The notes: generated by a model not told the origin, from the sequence alone. DNA of 64,000 nucleotides from Bacilli bacterium (GCA_047971315.1 JBKDZP010000002.1:7118-71117), one strand, 5' to 3'; positions 11,303 to 21,925 are shown, counted from the stretch's first letter. Numbers and translations: made by a program.

Positions 11303-11482
11303 GTGATAATTATTAAAGTTAAAATATTTGATGAAGGACATGAAAGTGATTTAGAAACAGCTATTAATGATTTTATTGAACAAAAAAAAGTTGAAGTTAT
11401 TGATATTAAATATCAAGTAGCTGTAAGTGTATTTTCAGAAGAACAAGTATTTTGTTTTTCCGCAATGATTATTTATAATTAA
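11303..11482 (+). CDS. cse60: Sporulation protein Cse60 (DUF2758)
   Basis: Not in the ORF track; IKVKIFDEGHESDLETAINDF…IDIKYQV…EEQVFCFSAMIIYN matches B. subtilis Cse60/YteV. Confidence 0.8.
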   Translation: MIIIKVKIFDEGHESDLETAINDFIEQKKVEVIDIKYQVAVSVFSEEQVFCFSAMIIYN

Positions 11483-11635
11483 AAAACATCGAAAGATGTT
11501 TTTTTAATTAATAAAATTTTTTGACATGATATTATCTGTATTTGTAATATATTATATTTGGTACTGATTTTATGTTTAAAATAAATTATAAGTATCATTA
11601 TAAGCATAGACTATTTATTAGAGAGGAAGATATAT

Positions 11636-13942
11636 ATGTTTGGTAATTTTACAGATGAAGCAAGAGAAATATTAAATGCATCAAAAATAGAAATGTCCGA
11701 GTTAAAGCATCCTTATATTGGGAGTGAACATTTATTATTATCTATTTTAAAAGATGATAATATTATTAGTAAACGTTTAAAAGAATACGGAATAAACTAC
11801 TCTAAAGTTAAAAACGAAATGATAAATATAATTGGAGTAGGTAGCAGTGGTAGTGATTTATTTATTTATACACCTCTTCTTAAAAGAATTCTTGAAAACG
11901 CTATAATTGATAGTAAAGAAAATAATAATGGTGAAGTTACAATAAATCATTTATTTTCTAGTTTACTTGAAGAAGGTGAAGGTGTTGCCATTAGAGTTTT
12001 ACTTGGACTAGGTGTCGACATTGATCAATTGTATAATGAATTTGTTTATAAAATAGCTCAACCAAAAAAAAGAAAAAATGGTAAAAAACTATTGTTGGAA
12101 GAATTAGGTAATGATTTAAATAAAAAAGCAATGGATGGTCAGTTAGATCCAGTAATTGGTCGTGATTTAGAAATAAAAAGATTATTAGAAATTTTATCTA
12201 GAAGAACAAAAAATAATCCATTATTAATAGGGGATGCAGGCGTTGGCAAAACTGCTATCGTTGAAGAATTAAGTAGAATGATTGTAAGTGGAGAAGTTCC
12301 AATGGAACTTAGAAATAAAAGAATTATAAGCTTAGATATGGCAAGTGTAGTAGCTGGAACTAAGTATAGAGGTGAATTTGAAGATAGAATGTATAAATTA
12401 TTAAAGGAAATTGAAGATAATGATGATATCATTTTATTTATTGATGAAATTCATACACTAGTAGGAGCAGGTGGTGCTGAAGGAGCAATTGATGCATCAA
12501 ATATTTTTAAACCAGCTTTAGCTAGGAATAAGGTTAAATGTATTGGTGCTACTACGACTAGTGAATATAAAAAATATATTGAAAAAGATAGTGCATTAGA
12601 AAGAAGATTTCAAAGGATATTTATAGAAAAACCAAATAAGGAAACTGTAAAAGAAATTTTAAATAAATTAAAAGGTATTTATGAAAAATATCATTTGGTA
12701 TCTTTAGGTGATGAAATTATTGATTTAATTGTAAATTTATCTGAAAAATATATTCATGATAGAAATGAACCTGATAAATCAATTGATATATTAGATGAAG
12801 TTTGTGCTAAAGTTAGTTTGAAAGAAACAAAAGAAATGAAAAAATATTATGAAATAAAAAGAAAAATTGAAGGTATTACTAAACAAAAAAATGAATCAAT
12901 CATTAAAAATGATTTTACTTTAGCATCAACACTAAAAGAAACAGAAAATAAATTACTTAGTGAAATTAATGATATTGAGTTAAATTTATATAAGAAAATA
13001 AAAAAAGAAGTAACTGTAGATGATGTTGCGGAAGTTGTTTTTATGAAAACTAAAGTACCGGTTTTTGAATTATTAAATGATAAAAAAAAGGTTATTGTTG
13101 ATTTGGAAAAAAAATTAAGAGAAAAGATATTAGGACAAGATAGAGCACTTGAAGAAATTTTATATATTGCTAAAAAGATTAAATTAGGCTTTAGGGATAA
13201 TAATAAATGTTATTCATTTATGTTTGTAGGACCTAGTGGTGTAGGTAAAACTGAATTAGCTAAATTATTTGGTAGTAGTATGGTAGGAGAAACTAATGTT
13301 ATTAGATTAGATATGAGTGAATTTTCTGATTCTTCTTCATTAAGTAAGATAGTGGGAGCAAATCCTGGATATGTTGGATATGATGATAATAAAAATATTT
13401 TAGAAGAAATCAGGAATAAACCTTTTTCGGTAGTTTTATTAGATGAGATTGAAAAGGCACATCCTAATGTAATAAATTTATTATTTCAAATATTTGATGA
13501 AGGAAAATTAAAAGATAGTAACGGTAGGGAAATTTATTTTAATAATGCGATAATTATAATGACTTCTAATATTGGATTTTATGATAAAAGTATTGGTTTT
13601 AATTCTCTAAAAGCTACCATTAATTCTAAATTAAAGGAAAATTTTTCACCACCTTTTATAAATAGAATTGATAATATTATAGTTTTTGAACCATTAAATG
13701 AAAAGAATATAATTAAGTTGATAAATTCTAAAATAAAAAAATTATATGAAAAGTACAATGATGTAAAAATAAAGATTAATAATAATGTTATTAAGGAAAT
13801 TTGTGATTTGTCAAATTATTCTGAGTTTGGTGCTAGACAAATAGACAAGATTATAAGTAAGAATTTAGATAATTTAATAATTGATAAAATAATTAATGGT
13901 GAAAATATAATTAATGTAGACAGTATTAAATTAAAAATATAA
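11636..13942 (+). CDS. clpC: ClpC-type ATP-dependent Clp protease ATPase subunit
   Basis: Clp N-domain; GDAGVGKT and GPSGVGKT Walker A motifs; AGTKYRGEFE; IGF loop. Confidence 0.85.
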   Translation: MFGNFTDEAREILNASKIEMSELKHPYIGSEHLLLSILKDDNIISKRLKEYGINYSKVKNEMINIIGVGSSGSDLFIYTPLLKRILENAIIDSKENNNGEVTINHLFSSLLEEGEGVAIRVLLGLGVDIDQLYNEFVYKIAQPKKRKNGKKLLLEELGNDLNKKAMDGQLDPVIGRDLEIKRLLEILSRRTKNNPLLIGDAGVGKTAIVEELSRMIVSGEVPMELRNKRIISLDMASVVAGTKYRGEFEDRMYKLLKEIEDNDDIILFIDEIHTLVGAGGAEGAIDASNIFKPALARNKVKCIGATTTSEYKKYIEKDSALERRFQRIFIEKPNKETVKEILNKLKGIYEKYHLVSLGDEIIDLIVNLSEKYIHDRNEPDKSIDILDEVCAKVSLKETKEMKKYYEIKRKIEGITKQKNESIIKNDFTLASTLKETENKLLSEINDIELNLYKKIKKEVTVDDVAEVVFMKTKVPVFELLNDKKKVIVDLEKKLREKILGQDRALEEILYIAKKIKLGFRDNNKCYSFMFVGPSGVGKTELAKLFGSSMVGETNVIRLDMSEFSDSSSLSKIVGANPGYVGYDDNKNILEEIRNKPFSVVLLDEIEKAHPNVINLLFQIFDEGKLKDSNGREIYFNNAIIIMTSNIGFYDKSIGFNSLKATINSKLKENFSPPFINRIDNIIVFEPLNEKNIIKLINSKIKKLYEKYNDVKIKINNNVIKEICDLSNYSEFGARQIDKIISKNLDNLIIDKIINGENIINVDSIKLKI

Positions 13943-13990
13943 TATTAGTATTTAATTATAAATAAAACAAAGATTAATAAAGGTGATTAT

Positions 13991-15310
13991 ATGATTGAAA
14001 AATTTAGATTAGTAGATAATGAGACAATTGTTTTTTATTTAAATTATAATTATGAGATTGGTGAAATAGGAGGTAGTAAAACTCCTATTTTGGACAATAT
14101 AAAGACTATGATTCAAAAAATAAATTTTGAAGGTAAGAAAATAATACTGATGGTAGGAACTGTAGCTATTGCGACTTTAATGTTTACAGGAAGTGATTTT
14201 AAAGGAAATATTATTAATGATGTGAATGTTGATTATAATGTTCCTACTGTTGAAGAAATAGTTGATTTAGAAAACACTTCATTATCTGAAAATATTATAG
14301 AAGAATTAGTTGAAGATTCAGTTATAAAAGAGGTAGTTGAGGATAATGTTTCTAATGGATTTGTGAATAATGAAAATATTGTAGTAAGTAAAATGAATAA
14401 TCCTAATACATCTAGTAGTTCTAGTGTTAGTAGTGGTTCGATTAATAATCAAAATAGTACTGTATCAGACAGTCAAACAACTGGATTAGAAACTGTTGAA
14501 GAAGAAACTATTACTGAAGCTAAGACAATGGTTACAGTATATAGAAGTAATGGACAGATTATTAATATTGAATTAGAAGAATATATTGTTGGGGTAGTAG
14601 CAGCTGAGATGCCAGCTTCATTTAATATTGAAGCACTAAAAGCTCAAGCAGTGGTTGCGAGAACCTATACTTTAAAAAGAATAAATAGTGGATTAAAGCT
14701 AACTGACACAGTGTCAACTCAAAGTTATATAGATATAGATCAAATGAAAACTATGTGGGGGTCTAGTTTTACACAGTATTATAATAAAATTGTTGATTCT
14801 GTTTCACAAACTAGTGGAAAATATATTACATATAATGGACAATATATAGATGCGGTATATCATTCAACAAGTAATGGTTATACTGAAGATTCAATAAGTG
14901 TTTGGGGTAATAGTGTTGCTTATTTAAAATCAGTTGAAAGTAGTTATGATATAAGTGCATCCTCTTATTTAAGAACCGAGACTAAAAGTTATAGTACAAT
15001 TTTAGATATACTTGGAATTGAAATTAGTTCTGAAACATCAATTGAAATAGTAAATAGAAATGCAAGTGGTAGAGTAGTTGAAGTTAAGATTGATGGTAAT
15101 ACATATAGTGGAATTGACCTTAGGACTTTACTTGGCTTAAGATCTACTGATTTTGAAATTAGTTTTTTAGATGGTAATTTAGTTTTCACAACAAGAGGTT
15201 ATGGTCATGGTGTAGGAATGAGTCAATATGGTGCAAACGGAATGGCTAATGCTGGATATTCATATTTAAATATATTACAACATTATTATCAAGGAGTTAC
15301 TATTCAATAA
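13991..15310 (+). CDS. spoIID: Stage II sporulation protein D (lytic transglycosylase)
   Basis: LEEYIVGVVAAEMPASF…EALKAQAVVARTY, GYGHGVGMSQYGA. Confidence 0.85.
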   Translation: MIEKFRLVDNETIVFYLNYNYEIGEIGGSKTPILDNIKTMIQKINFEGKKIILMVGTVAIATLMFTGSDFKGNIINDVNVDYNVPTVEEIVDLENTSLSENIIEELVEDSVIKEVVEDNVSNGFVNNENIVVSKMNNPNTSSSSSVSSGSINNQNSTVSDSQTTGLETVEEETITEAKTMVTVYRSNGQIINIELEEYIVGVVAAEMPASFNIEALKAQAVVARTYTLKRINSGLKLTDTVSTQSYIDIDQMKTMWGSSFTQYYNKIVDSVSQTSGKYITYNGQYIDAVYHSTSNGYTEDSISVWGNSVAYLKSVESSYDISASSYLRTETKSYSTILDILGIEISSETSIEIVNRNASGRVVEVKIDGNTYSGIDLRTLLGLRSTDFEISFLDGNLVFTTRGYGHGVGMSQYGANGMANAGYSYLNILQHYYQGVTIQ

Positions 15311-15376
15311 ATTAAATTTGAATTTTTATTTATAATTCCAATGTTATTTTTTAAATAATTATTCAATAAAAAATGA

Positions 15377-15405
15377 TTGACATATTAAGCTATTATTAAT
15401 ATAAT
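15377..15405 (+). promoter_or_regulatory. sigma-A promoter of the HD-valS leader
   Basis: Perfect TTGACA-17 bp-TATAAT. Confidence 0.85.
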
Positions 15406-15411
15406 AAAGAT

Positions 15412-15632
15412 ATAAAAACAAAGAACAAGAGGAGTATAATATTTTAAGTTTATAGAAAGTTCGTGGTTGATGGAAACGAATAACAAAAATATTAGAAGGT
15501 AGCTTATGAGTTGAATATCTGAAATTTAGTATGATATTTCGGTGGAAACCGTTATTTTCTTTAAGGTAATGATAATTACAAATTAAGGTGGTACCACGAG
15601 CAATTCGTCCTTTATGGATGAATTTTTTTTTT
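15412..15632 (+). ncRNA. T-box riboswitch, Val specifier
   Basis: Stem I with AG box; specifier GTA at 15499-15501; GGTGGTACCACG at 15587; terminator aattcgtcc-tttat-ggatgaatt plus T-run. Confidence 0.93.
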
Positions 15633-15642
15633 GGAGGGATTT

Positions 15643-16401
15643 ATGATAGATTTTAATAAATGTATTGAATTATTTAACGAATATATTAAAAATTATGATA
15701 AGAAAGAGTTTAATATTAAACTAAAAATTGATCATACTTTTAGAGTAGTTAATTTTTGTGAAAAGATAGCAAAATCATTAAATTTAAGTGAAGAAGATAT
15801 AGTGCTTGCTAAAGTAATAGGACTTTTACATGATATAGGAAGATTTGAACAATTTACTAAATATAGAACTTTTAGTGATATTAAATCTATTGATCATGCA
15901 TCACTTGGAATTGAAATATTAAAAGAAAATAATTACATATCTAAATATGTTGAAGATATTGAACTACAAAAAGTTGTTTTAATTGCTGTAGATAATCATA
16001 ATAAGATTAAAATAGAAGACAATTTAAACAAAATATATTTATTATTTTCAAAAATAGTTAGAGATGCTGATAAATTAGATATTTTAGATTTGTATAAAAT
16101 TGGAGATTTGAAGATAGACGAAACTGAAGGTGTAATAAGTGATAAAGTTTATTTTAGTATTATAAATGAATTAATTATTAATAAAAATGATTGTATAAAT
16201 AAAATAGATTTTGATTTAGTTAGTGCTAGTTATATATATGATTTTAATTTTGGCTATAGTTATATTTATATAAGTGAAAATAATAGTATAATATGGATTA
16301 TTGATGAACTAATTAAATATTGTAAAACTGAAGTAAATAAGTTAAATGAAATAAAAGAAAAAATAAATAATTATATGGAAAAGAGGAAATTTATATGTTA
16401 G
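15643..16401 (+). CDS. HD-domain phosphohydrolase
   Basis: DHTFRV, GLLHDIGRFEQ, DHA, VRDADKLD. Confidence 0.9.
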   Translation: MIDFNKCIELFNEYIKNYDKKEFNIKLKIDHTFRVVNFCEKIAKSLNLSEEDIVLAKVIGLLHDIGRFEQFTKYRTFSDIKSIDHASLGIEILKENNYISKYVEDIELQKVVLIAVDNHNKIKIEDNLNKIYLLFSKIVRDADKLDILDLYKIGDLKIDETEGVISDKVYFSIINELIINKNDCINKIDFDLVSASYIYDFNFGYSYIYISENNSIIWIIDELIKYCKTEVNKLNEIKEKINNYMEKRKFIC

Positions 16402-18962
16402 ATACAAAATATAATCATAAGGAAATAGAAAAAGACAAATATGAAAATTGGAAAAAACAAGGATATTTTGAATCAGGTTATTTATCTAAAAAACCATTTT
16501 CAATTGTGATTCCACCACCAAATGTTACAGGGAAATTACATTTAGGTCATGCTTGGGATACAACTTTACAAGATATTGTAATTAGATATAAAAGAATGGA
16601 TGGATTTGATGCTTTATGGTTACCTGGTATGGATCATGCTGGGATAGCAACTCAATCAAAAGTTGATAAAAAGTTAAAAGAACAAGGAACAAATCCTCGT
16701 TTAATGCAAAGAGATGAATGGCTAAAAAAAGCATGGGAGTGGAAAGAAGAATATGCTTTAAATATACATGAACAATGGTCTAAACTAGGATTATCTCTAG
16801 ACTATACTAAAGAAAGATTTACTTTAGATGCCGGATTATCAGATGCAGTTAAAAAAGTGTTTGTTGATTTATATAATGAAGGATTAATTTATCGAGGAGA
16901 AAGAATAATAAACTGGGATCCAGTTGCAATGACAGCTTTATCAAATGAAGAAGTTATTTATAAAGATGATGAGGGAGCTTTTTATCATTTAAAATATATG
17001 ATAGAAGGAACAAATGAATATTTAGAAGTTGCTACAACACGACTTGAAACTTTATTTGGAGACACAGCTCTTGCAGTTAATCCAAATGATAAAAGATTTA
17101 ATAAATATATTGGTAAAAATGTAATTTTACCAATTGTTAATAAATTAATTCCTGTTATAGGAGATGAATATGCTGATCCTGAATTTGGAACAGGTGTAGT
17201 TAAAATAACTCCTGCTCATGATCCAAATGATTTTGAAGTTGGAAATCGTCATAATTTAGAAAGAATTGTGGTAATAAATAAAGATGCAACAATGAATGAA
17301 AATGCATTTAACTATTGTGGAATGGATAGGATTGATTGTCGAAAAAAATTAGTTTTAGATTTAGAAGCTCTTGGATTATTAGTTAAAGTAGAAAAAATGA
17401 TTCATAGCGTAGGTCATTCAGAACGTAGTGATGCTATTGTTGAACCATATCTTTCAAAACAATGGTTTGTGAAGATGAGACCATTAGCAGATAGAGTTTT
17501 AGAAAATCAAAAAGATAAAAATAATAAAGTTAATTTTGTACCAACTAGATACGAAAAAGTAATGAATCATTGGATGGAAATTACATATGATTGGTGTATT
17601 TCACGTCAATTGTGGTGGGGACATCAAATACCAGCATGGTACAAAGGTGATGAAATGTATGTTGGCGAAAAAGCTCCAGAAGAAGATGGTTGGATTCAAG
17701 ACGCTGATGTTTTAGATACATGGTTTAGTTCAGCTTTATGGCCATTTTCAACTTTAGGTTGGCCAAATAAAAGTGAATTACTTGAGAGATATTATCCAAA
17801 TGACTGTTTAGTTACAGGATATGATATAATACCTTTTTGGGTTAATCGAATGACTTTTCAAGGATTACATTTTACTAATACAAGACCATTTAAAGACTGT
17901 TTAATTCACGGATTAATTAGAGATAAAGATGGAAGGAAAATGAGTAAATCTTTAGGAAATGGTGTAGATCCAATGGAAGTTATTGAAGAATATGGAACTG
18001 ATGCATTAAGATTTTTCTTAGCAACTTCTTCATCGATAGGAATGGATTTAAGATATGATGAAGAAAAGGTAAGAGCTGCTTGGAATTTTATAAACAAATT
18101 ATGGAATGCTTCTCGTTTTGTATTACTAAGTATTGAAGAGTTTGATATGGACAATTATAATTTAGATAATTTAGGTATAACAGATAAATGGATAATAACT
18201 AAATTGAATAATACCATTTTAAATGTAAGAAAACATATGGATAAATATGATTTCAATGTAGTTGGAACTGAACTTTATAATTTTGTTTGGAATGACTTTT
18301 GTGATTGGTATATTGAATTTTCTAAAATAAATCAAAATAATACTACAAAATCAGTATTAATTTATTGTTTAACAAACATTTTAAAAATGTTACATCCTTT
18401 TATGCCATTTGTTACAGAAGAAATATATTTGATGCTACCAGCAATAAATACTTCAATTATGGTTAGTTCTTATCCTATTTATAAAAATACAGAAATATTT
18501 GTAACTGATATTGATGATATTATAGATTTAATTACTAAAATTAGAAAAGAAAAAGTAACAAAAAATATTGGTAAAAATTTTAAATTAGTTTATGAAGATA
18601 GTTTAATATATGAAAATATAAATTTGATAGCTAAATTAATTAAATTAGACACTAGCGATATTTTAAATAAGAATGATTTTATTAATAATGATAATTATAC
18701 AAATGTTGATATTAGTTTTAAAGATAGTATAATAACAATTTATTATGATGGTAGTATGAATAAAGAAGTTGAAATTAGTAATTTATTAAAAGAAAAAGAA
18801 AGATTAGAAGTTTCTATTGGAAGAAGAAATAATTTACTTAATAATGTTAATTATGTAAGTAAAGCACCACAAAGTTTAGTAGAACAAGAAAAGAAAATAT
18901 TAATTACTGAACAGCAAGATTTAGAAATAGTATTAAATCGTCTAAATGATTTAAATAATTAA
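16395..18962 (+). CDS. valS: Valyl-tRNA synthetase
   Basis: PPPNVTGKLHLGH, KMSKS, DWCISRQLWWGH; Val T-box upstream. Confidence 0.98.
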   Translation: MLDTKYNHKEIEKDKYENWKKQGYFESGYLSKKPFSIVIPPPNVTGKLHLGHAWDTTLQDIVIRYKRMDGFDALWLPGMDHAGIATQSKVDKKLKEQGTNPRLMQRDEWLKKAWEWKEEYALNIHEQWSKLGLSLDYTKERFTLDAGLSDAVKKVFVDLYNEGLIYRGERIINWDPVAMTALSNEEVIYKDDEGAFYHLKYMIEGTNEYLEVATTRLETLFGDTALAVNPNDKRFNKYIGKNVILPIVNKLIPVIGDEYADPEFGTGVVKITPAHDPNDFEVGNRHNLERIVVINKDATMNENAFNYCGMDRIDCRKKLVLDLEALGLLVKVEKMIHSVGHSERSDAIVEPYLSKQWFVKMRPLADRVLENQKDKNNKVNFVPTRYEKVMNHWMEITYDWCISRQLWWGHQIPAWYKGDEMYVGEKAPEEDGWIQDADVLDTWFSSALWPFSTLGWPNKSELLERYYPNDCLVTGYDIIPFWVNRMTFQGLHFTNTRPFKDCLIHGLIRDKDGRKMSKSLGNGVDPMEVIEEYGTDALRFFLATSSSIGMDLRYDEEKVRAAWNFINKLWNASRFVLLSIEEFDMDNYNLDNLGITDKWIITKLNNTILNVRKHMDKYDFNVVGTELYNFVWNDFCDWYIEFSKINQNNTTKSVLIYCLTNILKMLHPFMPFVTEEIYLMLPAINTSIMVSSYPIYKNTEIFVTDIDDIIDLITKIRKEKVTKNIGKNFKLVYEDSLIYENINLIAKLIKLDTSDILNKNDFINNDNYTNVDISFKDSIITIYYDGSMNKEVEISNLLKEKERLEVSIGRRNNLLNNVNYVSKAPQSLVEQEKKILITEQQDLEIVLNRLNDLNN

Positions 18963-19033
18963 ATTTTATTAAAACAAGATAAATCAACTTTTCACTTTTT
19001 ATAAAATTCATATCCTATATTAGGAGGTGAATT

Positions 19034-20089
19034 ATGAATAATTTAGGAATAGCTAATGATTTTAATATTTATACATTAAATGACCATACTCAAAGTAATA
19101 CAGATTCAGAAGGTAGAGTAGCTGTTGCTGGTAATGCTACATATAATAATTATAGTATAGGTAGTGTACTTCCAGTTTCTTTAACTAGATTTGATTTAGT
19201 AGTTGGAGGATCAATGAATATTACATCAGGTACTAATTTTAGTGGTAATAGTGCTATTAGTTCTTTAGCTAATGTTATAACTTATACAATGACTAATAAT
19301 AATGGTGTATTGCCACAACCTATGGAAGCAACTCCAATTGATTTTGAAACAACAAATGATTATTTAAGATGTGTATCAGCTGGATGGGCTATTTTAATTC
19401 CAAATGGTACAGCTGAAGTTGAATTTGGTACTTTAACACTTACAGGTACAGATGCTAGTTTAAATATATTTACAATTAATGGTAATAATATTGCAGGTTC
19501 TGGTTTTGAATTACAAGATTTAAGTGGAATAGATATAGTTTCACCACTTGGATCGACAAATTTGATAAATATAAGTGGAGATAATTTTGGATTTGGTAGT
19601 TTTCAAATATTCAGAAATGGTGTAGCAGCAACTGGAGATGATGGTAAATTTATTTTATGGAATTTATTTGAAGTAACAACTTTACTTACTTGTACTACAT
19701 CTGTTAAGGGTGCATTACTTGGACCATATGCATCATATGTATCAGGTTCTACTAATATTGAGGGTAATTTAATAGTATATGATTTAAGTGGAGCAATTGA
19801 AGCTCATAATTATTTGTTTGAGGGAACTCTACCAGTAGTTTGTGTTGGTAATGGACGACAACAAGCAATAAATGATTTGATTGAGTCAGTTGCGTTAGAA
19901 CAAACTGCATTAGCACATATAATTAATGCTGAGGGAGAAAAAATACAACAAATACTAGCAAGCAATCCAACAATTAATGAAATGATTAAAGTTAATAAAT
20001 CGGTTAAAAAAACAATAAATTCAATTATTAGATTAGAAAATATATTAAATAGTAAATTATCTTTATTTGATTGTATTAAATGTATTTAA
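19034..20089 (+). CDS. Choice-of-anchor A domain protein fused to a C-terminal SVALEQ/AEGEKIQ helical module; probable spore-surface protein
   Basis: FNIYTL…SDSEGRVAV-like N-terminus (TDSEGRVAVAGNA); no signal peptide; sigma-K-like CAC…CATATCCTA upstream. Confidence 0.75.
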   Translation: MNNLGIANDFNIYTLNDHTQSNTDSEGRVAVAGNATYNNYSIGSVLPVSLTRFDLVVGGSMNITSGTNFSGNSAISSLANVITYTMTNNNGVLPQPMEATPIDFETTNDYLRCVSAGWAILIPNGTAEVEFGTLTLTGTDASLNIFTINGNNIAGSGFELQDLSGIDIVSPLGSTNLINISGDNFGFGSFQIFRNGVAATGDDGKFILWNLFEVTTLLTCTTSVKGALLGPYASYVSGSTNIEGNLIVYDLSGAIEAHNYLFEGTLPVVCVGNGRQQAINDLIESVALEQTALAHIINAEGEKIQQILASNPTINEMIKVNKSVKKTINSIIRLENILNSKLSLFDCIKCI

Positions 20090-20263
20090 ATAAAATTAAA
20101 ACCTTTAAAGTAATTTAAAGGTTTTATTATATCTTTTAATAATTTAAATTGTAAAAAAACATCTAACTTATTTTTAATTATAAAAGTTAGATGTTGGATT
20201 AATAAAACAAATGCTTTTGATATTTTAAAATCAAAGGTATTTTTTAAAATATTTACTAAATTA

Positions 20264-20557
20264 CTAAGCTGATGTTACAACATCGCATTCATCACATAAA
20301 CATGAACTAAATAATTCTAATTTTCCTTGAAGTATAGTTTCAAGTCTTGTTATTGAATTAATCATTGATTGAACAGATGCATTAATTGCTAAAAGTTCTT
20401 CATTTGAAGTTGCTAAAACAAGAGCTGCTTGAATTTTTTCTCCTTCAGCATTGATTATGTGGGAAAGTCCTGTTTGTTCTAATGCTACTGATTCAATGAT
20501 ATCAGTGATGGCTTCACATCTAGTTACATCACTAGGTACAATTATTGGCATTGACAT
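20264..20557 (-). CDS. Stand-alone SVALEQ/AEGEKIQ helical-module protein (probable spore protein)
   Basis: MSMP…DIIESVALEQTGLSHIINAEGEKIQ…RLETILQGKL; strong RBS; CATATAAT promoter. Confidence 0.8.
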   Translation of the reverse strand: MSMPIIVPSDVTRCEAITDIIESVALEQTGLSHIINAEGEKIQAALVLATSNEELLAINASVQSMINSITRLETILQGKLELFSSCLCDECDVVTSA

Positions 20558-20668
20558 AAATTATTCCTCCTTTTTTTTATTATATGCATTAAATTAAACA
20601 GTGGCAATGACAATAATTTATAATAACAAAATAAAAATTTCAGCATATAATAGTGTAGTGGTGATGTA

Positions 20669-21718
20669 ATGTTTAATATTATAAAACAGGAAAGTTTATT
20701 AAATTGTTGTAATAATTATTATTTAGGAGCACTTTTTAAATGTAATAATTATTTATTTTTTAAAACAAATGAAAAAATATTAGAATTTTTTAATTGTAAT
20801 TTTAAAAAAATTGTATCTAAAAAACTTTGTGATTCATATATAACTATTACTGTTGGTGAGGAAAATTGTTTTTATGCGTTAAAACAAGATGATTATGACT
20901 ATATTTATATATTAAATGATAAATTTATTGAAGTAGATAGAATTTTTTTGAATGTTTCTAGAAATTTTAAAAAAATAATTAAATCAATTAGCTATAATAA
21001 AAATAAAATATATATTTTAACTAGTGATTTATTATATTCAGTAACAACTAATGGTGATTTTATAAAAGTGGAATTAAACCAAAGTAATTTGGAAAATTTT
21101 AATAATAAAAGTGAAACTATATATTTCAAAAATTTAAATGGTTGTTGTATTGAAAAAAATAAAAAAAGTAAAATTATTTTTAGTTCAGTTGGATTTTTTT
21201 GTGATAAATTATATGTTAGTTATATTATTAATAATTCATCTTATGTTTCTTTAATATCTAAAAATGGAAATATAATTAATAAAATTTATATTGATGATAA
21301 TATTGAAGTAAATTCAATTTTAACAGTAAATGAAAATTTAGAATTTTTAGTTACAAAAGTAGGAAAATATAATTATTTATATATAACTGATTATTGTTGT
21401 TCTAAAATAAAGAAAATTGACAATTGTAATATTTGTTTAGAACCTTGTAAAAAAGATAAATGTCATGTTTGTGATTGCAAACAACAATATTGTGATTTGT
21501 TAGAATCTATTGCTTTAGAAGAAGCAGCAATTTCTCATATATTAAATGCTGAAGGAGAAAAAATACAAAAAGCAGTTTGCTTATCAAATAATATATGTGA
21601 TTTACTTAAAATTAATGAGTCAGTTACAAAAACAATATCAAATGTAAACATATTAGAACAAATTTTACTTGAAAAGTTAAATAGTTTGAAAATTGATTTT
21701 AAAAATATGTGCAAATAA
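20669..21718 (+). CDS. Cys-rich, beta-rich protein with a C-terminal SIALEE/AEGEKIQ module
   Basis: C-terminal DLLESIALEEAAISHILNAEGEKIQ; CATATAAT upstream. Confidence 0.7.
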   Translation: MFNIIKQESLLNCCNNYYLGALFKCNNYLFFKTNEKILEFFNCNFKKIVSKKLCDSYITITVGEENCFYALKQDDYDYIYILNDKFIEVDRIFLNVSRNFKKIIKSISYNKNKIYILTSDLLYSVTTNGDFIKVELNQSNLENFNNKSETIYFKNLNGCCIEKNKKSKIIFSSVGFFCDKLYVSYIINNSSYVSLISKNGNIINKIYIDDNIEVNSILTVNENLEFLVTKVGKYNYLYITDYCCSKIKKIDNCNICLEPCKKDKCHVCDCKQQYCDLLESIALEEAAISHILNAEGEKIQKAVCLSNNICDLLKINESVTKTISNVNILEQILLEKLNSLKIDFKNMCK

Positions 21719-21925
21719 AATTTTAAAATCAATTAAATCATTCTTTTTTTTATTTTATTAATAAAATAAGTATTAATATTTAGTTTATAAAACATACTAA
21801 AAATGTTACATTAATTTAAAGCTTATAAAAAATGTATAATTTTATTTTTTTTGTTAATGTTATAAAAGGATATATTATTAAATAATTAATGTAATATTGT
21901 ATCGTAAAAATAAAGGAGGAGAAAT

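Noticed and set aside
20098-20245. Three consecutive inverted repeats
   Set aside because: They lie between convergent genes and are most simply terminators.
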